From the human T2T-CHM13v2.0 reference genome, Homo sapiens, in NCBI RefSeq assembly GCF_009914755.1, contig NC_060944.1: a DNA stretch of 64,000 bases. One strand, 5' to 3'. Of the stretch, positions 50,355 through 62,300 are shown piece by piece. The notes under the pieces were generated by a model, which was not told where the DNA came from, did no database searches, and worked only from the letters and a program-made list of their open reading frames with translations. The stretch's first letter is position 1; every line of letters starts with the position of its first letter. Both the position numbers and the translations under genes were made by a program.

Positions 50355-53300
50355 GTGGATATTTGGCTAGCTTTGAGGATTTCGTTGGAAACGGGATTAC
50401 ATATAAAAAGGAGACAGCAGCATTCTCAGAAACTTCTTTGTGATGTCTGCATTCAATTCACAGAGTTGAGCATTCCCTTTCATAGAGCAGGTTGGAAACA
50501 CTCTTTTTGTAGTATCTGGATGAGGACATTTGGAGCGCTTTCAGGCGTATGGTGAAAAAGGAAATATCTTCCCGTAAAAACTAGACAGAAGCATTCTCAG
50601 AAGTTTATTTGTGATGTGTGCCCTCAACTAACAGAGTTGAACCTTTCTTTTGATAGAGCAGTTTTGAAACACTCTTTTTGTAAAATCTGCAAGAGGATAT
50701 TTGGATAGCTTTGAGGATTTCGTTGCAAACGGGAATGGCTTCATATAAACTCTAGACAGAAGCATTCTCAGAAACTTCGTTGGGATGTTTCGATTGAAGT
50801 CCCAGTGTTGAACATTCCCTTTTATAGAGCAGGTTGGAAACACTCTTTCTGCATTCCCTGGAAGTGGACATTTGGAGCGCTTTCAGGACGACGGTGAAAA
50901 TGGAAATATCTTCCAAGAAAATCTAGATAGAAGCAATGTCAGAAACTTTTATGTGATGGATCTACTCAGCTAACAGAGTTGAACCTTTCTTTTGAGAGAG
51001 CAGTTTTGCAACACTCTTTTTGTGGAATATGCAAGTGGATATTAGGGCAGCTTTGAGGATTTCGTTGGAAACGGGAATACATGTAAAAAGCAGACAGCAG
51101 CATTCTCAGAAACTTCTTTGTGATGTTTGCATTGAAGTCACAGAGTTGAACATTCCCTTTGAGAGAGCAGGTTTGAAACACGCCTTTTGTCATATCTGGA
51201 AGTGTCCATTCGGAGCGCATTCAGGCTTGTGTTGAAAAAGGAAATATCCTCCCATAAAAACTAGACAGAAGCATTCTCAGAAACTTATCTGTGATGTATG
51301 TACTCAACTAACAGAACTAAACCATCGTTTTGAAGGAGCAGTTTTGAAACACTCTTTTTGCGGAATCTGCAAGTGGATATTTGGCTAGCTGGGAGGATTT
51401 CGTTGGAAACGGGATTACATACAAAAAGCAGAGAGCAGCATTCTCAGAAACTTCTTTGTGATGTTTGCATTCAAGTCACAGAGTTGAACATTCCCTTTCA
51501 TAGAGCAGGTTTGAAACACTCTTTTTGTAGTATCTGGATGTGGACATTTGGATCGCTTTCAGGCCTATGGTGAAAAAGGAAATATCTTCCCATGAAAACT
51601 AGACAGAAGCATTCTCAGAAACTTATTTGTGATGTGTGCCCTCAACTGACAGTGTTGAACCTTTGTTTTGATAGAGCAGTTCTGAAACACACTTTTTGTA
51701 AAATCTGCAAGAGGATATTTGGATAGCTTTGAGGATTTCGTTGGAAACGGGAATGTCTTCATGTAAACTCTGGACAGAAGCATTCTCAGAAACTGCTTTG
51801 GGATGTTTCAATTGAAGTCCCAGTGTTGAACATTCCCTTTCATAGAGCAGGTTTGAAACACTCTTTTTGTACTATCTGGAAGTGGACATTTGGAGCGCTT
51901 TCAGGTCTACGGTGAAAAAGGAGATATCTTCCAATAAAAACTAGATAGAAGCAATGTCAGAACTTTTTTCATGATGTATCTACTCAGCAAACAGAGTTGA
52001 ACCTTTCTTTTGAGAGAGCAGTTTTGAAACACTCTTTTTGTGGAATATGCAAGTGGGTATTAGGCCAGCTTGGAGGATTTCGTTGGAAACGGGAATACGT
52101 ATAAAAAGCAGACAGCAGCATTGTCAGAAACTACTTTGTGATGTTTGCATTCAAGTCACAGAATTGAACACTCCCTTTCACAGAGCAGGTTTGAAACACT
52201 CTTTTTGTAGTGTCTGTAAGTGAACATTTGGATTGCTTTCAGGCCTAAGGTGAAAAAGGAAATATCTTCCCATAAAAACTAGACAGAAGCATTCTCAGAA
52301 ACTTGTTTGTGATGTGTGCCCTCTACTGACAGAGTTGAACCTTTCTTTGCAAAGAGCAGTTTTGAAACACTCTTTTTGTAGAATCTGCAAGAGGATATTT
52401 GGATAGCTTTGAGGATTTCTTGGGAAACGGGAATGTCTTCAGATAAACTCTAGACAGAAGCATTCTCAGAAACTTCTTTGGGATGTTTCAATTGAAGTCA
52501 CAGTGTTAAACATTCCCTTTCACAGAGCAGGTTTGAAACACTCTTTTTGTAGTGTCTATAAGTGAACATTTGGCGTGCTTTCAGGCCTAACGTGAAAAAG
52601 GAAATATCTTCCCATAAAAACTAGACAGAAGCATTCTCAGAAACTTGTTCGTGATGTGTGCCCTCTACTGACAGAGTTGAACCTTTCTTTGCAAAGAGCA
52701 GCTTTGAAACACACTTTTTGTAGAATCTGCAAGAGGATATTTGGATAGCTTGGAGGATTTCGTTGGAAACGGGTATGTCTTCAGATAAACTCTAGACAGA
52801 AGCATTCTCAGAAACTTCTTTGGGATGTTGCATTCAAGTCACAGAGTAGAACATTCCCATTCATAGAGCAGATTTGAAACACTCTTTTTGTAGTATCTGG
52901 AAGTGGACATTTGGAGCGCTTTCAGGCCTATGTTGAAAAAGGAAATATCTTCCCATAAAAACTAGACGGAAGCATTCTCAGAAACTTACTTGTGATGTGT
53001 TTGCTCAACTAACAGGATTGAACCATCGTTTTGAAGGAGCAGTTTTGAAACACTGTTTTCGTGGAATCTGCAAGTGGATATTTGGCTAGCTTTGAGGATT
53101 TCGTTGGAAACGGGATTACATATAAAAAGGAGACAGCAGCATTCTCAGAAACTTCTTTGTGATGTCTGCATTCAATTCACAGAGTTGAGCATTCCCTTTC
53201 ATAGAGCAGGTTGGAAACACTCTTTCTGCATTCCCTGGAAGTGGACATTTGGAGCGCTTTCAGGACGACGGTGAAAATGGAAATATCTTCCCGTAAAAAC

Positions 53301-56300
53301 TAGACAGAAGCATTCTCAGAAGTTTATTTGTGACGTGTGCCCTCAACTAACAGAGTTGAACCTTTCTTTTGATAGAGCAGTTTTGAAACACTCTTTTTGT
53401 AAAATCTGCAAGAGGATATTTGGATAGTTTTGAGGATTTCGTTGCAAACGGGAATGGCTTCATATAAACTCTAGACAGAAGCATTCTCAGAAACTTCGTT
53501 GGGATGTTTCGATTGAAGTCCCAGTGTTGAACATTCCCTTTTATAGAGCAGGTTGGAAACACTCTTTCTGCATTCCCTGGAAGTGGACATTTGGAGCGCT
53601 TTCAGGACGACGGTGAAAATGGAAATATCTTCCAAGAAAATCTAGATAGAAGCAACGTCAGAAACTTTTATGTGATGGATCTACTCAGCTAACAGAGTTG
53701 AACCTTTCTTTTGAGAGAGCAGTTTTGCAACACTCTTTTTGTGGAATATGCAAGTGGATATTAGGGCAGCTTTGAGGATTTCGTTGGAAACGGGAATACA
53801 TGTAAAAAGCAGACAGCAGCATTCTCAGAAACTTCTTTGTGATGTTTGCATTGAAGTCACAGAGTTGAACATTCCCTTTGAGAGAGCAGGTTTGAAACAC
53901 GCCTTTTGTCATATCTGGAAGTGTCCATTCGGAGCGCATTCAGGCTTGTGTTGAAAAAGGAAATATCCTCCCATAAAAACTAGACAGAAGCATTCTCAGA
54001 AACTTATCTGTGATGTATGTACTCAACTAACAGAACTAAACCATCGTTTTGAAGGAGCAGTTTTGAAACACTCTTTTTGCGGAATCTGCAAGTGGATATT
54101 TGGCTAGCTGGGAGGATTTCGTTGGAAACGGGATTACATACAAAAAGCAGACAGCAGCATTCTCAGAAACTTCTTTGTGATGTTTGCATTCAAGTCACAG
54201 AGTTGAACATTCCCTTTCATAGAGCAGGTTTGAAACACTCTTTTTGTAGTATCTGGATGTGGACATTTGGATCGCTTTCAGGCCTATGGTGAAAAAGGAA
54301 ATATCTTCCCATGAAAACTAGACAGAAGCATTCTCAGAAACTTATTTGTGATGTGTGCCCTCAACTGACAGTGTTGAACCTTTGTTTTGATAGAGCAGTT
54401 CTGAAACACACTTTTTGTAAAATCTGCAAGAGGATATTTGGATAGCTTTGAGGATTTCGTTGGAAACGGGAATGTCTTCATGTAAACTCTGGACAGAAGC
54501 ATTCTCAGAAACTGCTTTGGGATGTTTCAATTGAAGTCCCAGTGTTGAACATTCCCTTTCATAGAGCAGGTTTGAAACACTCTTTTTGTACTATCTGGAA
54601 GTGGACATTTGGAGCGCTTTCAGGTCTACGGTGAAAAAGGAGATATCTTCCAATAAAAACTAGATAGAAGCAATGTCAGAACTTTTTTCATGATGTATCT
54701 ACTCAGCAAACAGAGTTGAACCTTTCTTTTGAGAGAGCAGTTTTGAAACACTCTTTTTGTGGAATATGCAAGTGGGTATTAGGCCAGCTTGGAGGATTTC
54801 GTTGGAAACGGGAATACGTATAAAAAGCAGACAGCAGCATTGTCAGAAACTACTTTGTGATGTTTGCATTCAAGTCACAGAATTGAACACTCCCTTTCAC
54901 AGAGCAGGTTTGAAACACTCTTTTTGTAGTGTCTGTAAGTGAACATTTGGATTGCTTTCAGGCCTAAGGTGAAAAAGGAAATATCTTCCCATAAAAACTA
55001 GACAGAAGCATTCTCAGAAACTTGTTTGTGATGTGTGCCCTCTACTGACAGAGTTGAAGCTTTCTTTGCAAAGAGCAGTTTTGAAACACTCTTTTTGTAG
55101 AATCTGCAAGAGGATATTTGGATAGCTTTGAGGATTTCTTGGGAAACGGGAATGTCTTCAGATAAACTCTAGACAGAAGCATTCTCAGAAACTTCTTTGG
55201 GATGTTTCAATTGAAGTCACAGTGTTGAACATTCCCTTTCACAGAGCAGGTTTGAAACACTCTTTTTGTAGTGTCTATAAGTGAACATTTGGCGTGCTTT
55301 CAGGCCTAACGTGAAAAAGGAAATATCTTCCCATAAAAACTAGACAGAAGCATTCTCAGAAACTTGTTCTTGATGTGTCCCCTCTACTGACAGAGTTGAA
55401 CCTTTCTTTGCAAAGAGCAGCTTTGAAACACTCTTTTCGTAGAATCTGCAAGATGATATTTGGATAGCTTGGAGGATTTCGTTGGAAACGGGTATGTCTT
55501 CAGATAAACTCTAGACAGAAGCATTCTCAGAAACTTCTTTGGGATGTTGCATTCAAGTCACAGAGTAGAACATTCCCATTCATAGAGCAGATTTGAAACA
55601 CTCTTTTTGTAGTATCTGGAAGTGGACATTTGGAGCGCTTTCAGGCCTATGTTGAAAAAGGAAATATCTTCCCATAAAAACTAGACGGAAGCATTCTCAG
55701 AAACTTATTTGTGATGTGTTTGCTCAACTAACAGGATTGAACCATCGTTTTGAAGGAGCAGTTTTGAAACACTGTTTTCGTGGAATCTGCAAGTGGATAT
55801 TTGGCTAGCTTTGAGGATTTCGTTGGAAACGGGATTACATATAAAAAGGAGACAGCAGCATTCTCAGAAACTTCTTTGTGATGTCTGCATTCAATTCACA
55901 GAGTTGAGCATTCCCTTTCATAGAGCAGGTTGGAAACACTCTTTTTGTAGTATCTGGATGAGGACATTTGGAGCGCTTTCAGGCGTATGGTGAAAAAGGA
56001 AATATCTTCCCGTAAAAACTAGACAGAAGCATTCTCAGAAGTTTATTTGTGATGTGTGCCCTCAACTAACAGAGTTGAACTTTTCTTTTGATAGAGCAGT
56101 TTTGAAACACTCTTTTTGTAAAATCTGCAAGAGGATATTTGGATAGTTTTGAGGATTTCGTTGCAAACGGGAATGGCTTCATATAAACTCTAGACAGAAG
56201 CATTCTCAGAAACTTCGTTGGGATGTTTCGATTGAAGTCCCAGTGTTGAACATTCCCTTTTATAGAGCAGGTTGGAAACACTCTTTCTGCATTCCCTGGA

Positions 56301-59300
56301 AGTGGACATTTGGAGCGCTTTCAGGACGACGGTGAAAATGGAAATATCTTCCAAGAAAATCTAGATAGAAGCAACGTCAGAAACTTTTATGTGATGGATC
56401 TACTCAGCTAACAGAGTTGAACCTTTCTTTTGAGAGAGCAGTTTTGCAACACTCTTTTTGTGGAATATGCAAGTGGATATTAGGGCAGCTTTGAGGATTT
56501 CGTTGGAAACGGGAATACATGTAAAAAGCAGACAGCAGCATTCTCAGAAACTTCTTTGTGATGTTTGCATTGAAGTCACAGAGTTGAACATTCCCTTTGA
56601 GAGAGCAGGTTTGAAACACGCCTTTTGTCATATCTGGAAGTGTCCATTCGGAGCGCATTCAGGCTTGTGTTGAAAAAGGAAATATCCTCCCATAAAAACT
56701 AGACAGAAGCATTCTCAGAAACTTATCTGTGATGTATGTACTCAACTAACAGAACTAAACCATCGTTTTGAAGGAGCAGTTTTGAAACACTCTTTTTGCG
56801 GAATCTGCAAGTGGATATTTGGCTAGCTGGGAGGATTTCGTTGGAAACGGGATTACATACAAAAAGCAGACAGCAGCATTCTCAGAAACTTCTTTGTGAT
56901 GTTTGCATTCAAGTCACAGAGTTGAACATTCCCTTTCATAGAGCAGGTTTGAAACACTCTTTTTGTAGTATCTGGATGTGGACATTTGGATCGCTTTCAG
57001 GCCTATGGTGAAAAAGGAAATATCTTCCCATGAAAACTAGACAGAAGCATTCTCAGAAACTTATTTGTGATGTGTGCCCTCAACTGACAGTGTTGAACCT
57101 TTGTTTTGATAGAGCAGTTCTGAAACACACTTTTTGTAAAATCTGCAAGAGGATATTTGGATAGCTTTGAGGATTTCGTTGGAAACGGGAATGTCTTCAT
57201 GTAAACTCTGGACAGAAGCATTCTCAGAAACTGCTTTGGGATGTTTCAATTGAAGTCCCAGTGTTGAACATTCCCTTTCATAGAGCAGGTTTGAAACACT
57301 CTTTTTGTACTATCTGGAAGTGGACATTTGGAGCGCTTTCAGGTCTACGGTGAAAAAGGAGATATCTTCCAATAAAAACTAGATAGAAGCAATGTCAGAA
57401 CTTTTTTCATGATGTATCTACTCAGCAAACAGAGTTGAACCTTTCTTTTGAGAGAGCAGTTTTGAAACACTCTTTTTGTGGAATATGCAAGTGGGTATTA
57501 GGCCAGCTTGGAGGATTTCGTTGGAAACGGGAATACGTATAAAAAGCAGACAGCAGCATTGTCAGAAACTACTTTGTGATGTTTGCATTCAAGTCACAGA
57601 ATTGAACACTCCCTTTCACAGAGCAGGTTTGAAACACTCTTTTTGTAGTGTCTGTAAGTGAACATTTGGATTGCTTTCAGGCCTAAGGTGAAAAAGGAAA
57701 TATCTTCCCATAAAAACTAGACAGAAGCATTCTCAGAAACTTGTTTGTGATGTGTGCCCTCTACTGACAGAGTTGAACCTTTCTTTGCAAAGAGCAGTTT
57801 TGAAACACTCTTTTTGTAGAATCTGCAAGAGGATATTTGGATAGCTTTGAGGATTTCTTGGGAAACGGGAATGTCTTCAGATAAACTCTAGACAGAAGCA
57901 TTCTCAGAAACTTCTTTGGGATGTTTCAATTGAAGTCACAGTGTTGAACATTCCCTTTCACAGAGCAGGTTTGAAACACTCTTTTTGTAGTGTCTATAAG
58001 TGAACATTTGGCGTGCTTTCAGGCCTAACGTGAAAAAGGAAATATCTTCCCATAAAAACTAGACAGAAGCATTCTCAGAAACTTGTTCGTGATGTGTGCC
58101 CTCTACTGACAGAGTTGAACCTTTCTTTGCAAAGAGCAGCTTTGAAACACACTTTTTGTAGAATCTGCAAGAGGATATTTGGATAGCTTGGAGGATTTCG
58201 TTGGAAACGGGTATGTCTTCAGATAAACTCTAGACAGAAGCATTCTCAGAAACTTCTTTGGGATGTTGCATTCAAGTCACAGAGTAGAACATTCCCATTC
58301 ATAGAGCAGATTTGAAACACTCTTTTTGTAGTATCTGGAAGTGGACATTTGGAGCGCTTTCAGGCCTATGTTGAAAAAGGAAATATCTTCCCATAAAAAC
58401 TAGACGGAAGCATTCTCAGAAACTTATTTGTGATGTGTTTGCTCAACTAACAGGATTGAACCATCGTTTTGAAGGAGCAGTTTTGAAACACTGTTTTCGT
58501 GGAATCTGCAAGTGGATATTTGGCTAGCTTTGAGGATTTCGTTGGAAACGGGATTACATATAAAAAGGAGACAGCAGCATTCTCAGAAACTTCTTTGTGA
58601 TGTCTGCATTCAATTCACAGAGTTGAGCATTCCCTTTCATAGAGCAGGTTGGAAACACTCTTTTTGTAGTATCTGGATGAGGACATTTGGAGCGCTTTCA
58701 GGCGTATGGTGAAAAAGGAAATATCTTCCCGTAAAAACTAGACAGAAGCATTCTCAGAAGTTTATTTGTGATGTGTGCCCTCAACTAACAGAGTTGAACC
58801 TTTCTTTTGATAGAGCAGTTTTGAAACACTCTTTTTGTAAAATCTGCAAGAGGATATTTGGATAGCTTTGAGGATTTCGTTGCAAACGGGAATGGCTTCA
58901 TATAAACTCTAGACAGAAGCATTCTCAGAAACTTCGTTGGGATGTTTCGATTGAAGTCCCAGTGTTGAACATTCCCTTTTATAGAGCAGGTTGGAAACAC
59001 TCTTTCTGCATTCCCTGGAAGTGGACATTTGGAGCGCTTTCAGGACGACGGTGAAAATGGAAATATCTTCCAAGAAAATCTAGATAGAAGCAATGTCAGA
59101 AACTTTTATGTGATGGATCTACTCAGCTAACAGAGTTGAACCTTTCTTTTGAGAGAGCAGTTTTGCAACACTCTTTTTGTGGAATATGCAAGTGGATATT
59201 AGGGCAGCTTTGAGGATTTCGTTGGAAACGGGAATACATGTAAAAAGCAGACAGCAGCATTCTCAGAAACTTCTTTGTGATGTTTGCATTGAAGTCACAG

Positions 59301-62300
59301 AGTTGAACATTCCCTTTGAGAGAGCAGGTTTGAAACACGCCTTTTGTCATATCTGGAAGTGTCCATTCGGAGCGCATTCAGGCTTGTGTTGAAAAAGGAA
59401 ATATCCTCCCATAAAAACTAGACAGAAGCATTCTCAGAAACTTATCTGTGATGTATGTACTCAACTAACAGAACTAAACCATCGTTTTGAAGGAGCAGTT
59501 TTGAAACACTCTTTTTGCGGAATCTGCAAGTGGATATTTGGCTAGCTGGGAGGATTTCGTTGGAAACGGGATTACATACAAAAAGCAGACAGCAGCATTC
59601 TCAGAAACTTCTTTGTGATGTTTGCATTCAACTCACAGAGTTGAACATTCCCTTTCATAGAGCAGGTTTGAAACACTCTTTTTGTAGTATCTGGATGTGG
59701 ACATTTGGATCGCTTTCAGGCCTATGGTGAAAAAGGAAATATCTTCCCATGAAAACTAGACAGAAGCATTCTCAGAAACTTATTTGTGATGTGTGCCCTC
59801 AACTGACAGTGTTGAACCTTTGTTTTGATAGAGCAGTTCTGAAACACACTTTTTGTAAAATCTGCAAGAGGATATTTGGATAGCTTTGAGGATTTCGTTG
59901 GAAACGGGAATGTCTTCATGTAAACTCTGGACAGAAGCATTCTCAGAAACTGCTTTGGGATGTTTCAATTGAAGTCCCAGTGTTGAACATTCCCTTTCAT
60001 AGAGCAGGTTTGAAACACTCTTTTTGTACTATCTGGAAGTGGACATTTGGAGCGCTTTCAGGTCTACGGTGAAAAAGGAGATATCTTCCAATAAAAACTA
60101 GATAGAAGCAATGTCAGAACTTTTTTCATGATGTATCTACTCAGCAAACAGAGTTGAACCTTTCTTTTGAGAGAGCAGTTTTGAAACACTCTTTTTGTGG
60201 AATATGCAAGTGGGTATTAGGCCAGCTTGGAGGATTTCGTTGGAAACGGGAATACGTATAAAAAGCAGACAGCAGCATTGTCAGAAACTACTTTGTGATG
60301 TTTGCATTCAAGTCACAGAATTGAACACTCCCTTTCACAGAGCAGGTTTGAAACACTCTTTTTGTAGTGTCTGTAAGTGAACATTTGGATTGCTTTCAGG
60401 TCTAAGGTGAAAAAGGAAATATCTTCCCATAAAAACTAGACAGAAGCATTCTCAGAAACTTGTTTGTGATGTGTGCCCTCTACTGACAGAGTTGAACCTT
60501 TCTTTGCAAAGAGCAGTTTTGAAACACTCTTTTTGTAGAATCTGCAAGAGGATATTTGGATAGCTTTGAGGATTTCTTGGGAAACGGGAATGTCTTCAGA
60601 TAAACTCTAGACAGAAGCATTCTCAGAAACTTCTTTGGGATGTTTCAATTGAAGTCACAGTGTTGAACATTCCCTTTCACAGAGCAGGTTTGAAACACTC
60701 TTTTTGTAGTGTCTATAAGTGAACATTTGGCGTGCTTTCAGGCCTAACGTGAAAAAGGAAATATCTTCCCATAAAAACTAGACAGAAGCATTCTCAGAAA
60801 CTTGTTCTTGATGTGTCCCCTCTACTGACAGAGTTGAACCTTTCTTTGCAAAGAGCAGCTTTGAAACACTCTTTTTGTAGAATCTGCAAGAGGATATTTG
60901 GACAGCTTGGAGGATTTCGTTGGAAACGGGTATGTCTTCAGATAAACTCTAGACAGAAGCATTCTCAGAAACTTCTTTGGGATGTTGCATTCAAGTCACA
61001 GAGTAGAACATTCCCATTCATAGAGCAGATTTGAAACACTCTTTTTGTAGTATCTGGAAGTGGACATTTGGAGCGCTTTCAGGCCTATGTTGAAAAAGGA
61101 AATATCTTCCCATAAAAACTAGACGGAAGCATTCTCAGAAACTTATTTGTGATGTGTTTGCTCAACTAACAGGATTGAACCATCGTTTTGAAGGAGCAGT
61201 TTTGAAACACTGTTTTCGTGGAATCTGCAAGTGGATATTTGGCTAGCTTTGAGGATTTCGTTGGAAACGGGATTACATATAAAAAGGAGACAGCAGCATT
61301 CTCAGAAACTTCTTTGTGATGTCTGCATTCAATTCACAGAGTTGAGCATTCCCTTTCATAGAGCAGGTTGGAAACACTCTTTTTGTAGTATCTGGATGAG
61401 GACATTTGGAGCGCTTTCAGGCGTATGGTGAAAAAGGAAATATCTTCCCGTAAAAACTAGACAGAAGCATTCTCAGAAGTTTATTTGTGATGTGTGCCCT
61501 CAACTAACAGAGTTGAACCTTTCTTTTGATAGAGCAGTTTTGAAACACTCTTTTTGTAAAATCTGCAAGAGGATATTTGGATAGCTTTGAGGATTTCGTT
61601 GCAAACGGGAATGGCTTCATATAAACTCTAGACAGAAGCATTCTCAGAAACTTCGTTGGGATGTTTCGATTGAAGTCCCAGTGTTGAACATTCCCTTTTA
61701 TAGAGCAGGTTGGAAACACTCTTTCTGCATTCCCTGGAAGTGGACATTTGGAGCGCTTTCAGGACGACGGTGAAAATGGAAATATCTTCCAAGAAAATCT
61801 AGATAGAAGCAACGTCAGAAACTTTTATGTGATGGATCTACTCAGCTAACAGAGTTGAACCTTTCTTTTGAGAGAGCAGTTTTGCAACACTCTTTTTGTG
61901 GAATATGCAAGTGGATATTAGGGCAGCTTTGAGGATTTCGTTGGAAACGGGAATACATGTAAAAAGCAGACAGCAGCATTCTCAGAAACTTCTTTGTGAT
62001 GTTTGCATTGAAGTCACAGAGTTGAACATTCCCTTTGAGAGAGCAGGTTTGAAACACGCCTTTTGTCATATCTGGAAGTGTCCATTCGGAGCGCATTCAG
62101 GCTTGTGTTGAAAAAGGAAATATCCTCCCATAAAAACTAGACAGAAGCATTCTCAGAAACTTATCTGTGATGTATGTACTCAACTAACAGAACTAAACCA
62201 TCGTTTTGAAGGAGCAGTTTTGAAACACTCTTTTTGCGGAATCTGCAAGTGGATATTTGGCTAGCTGGGAGGATTTCGTTGGAAACGGGATTACATACAA

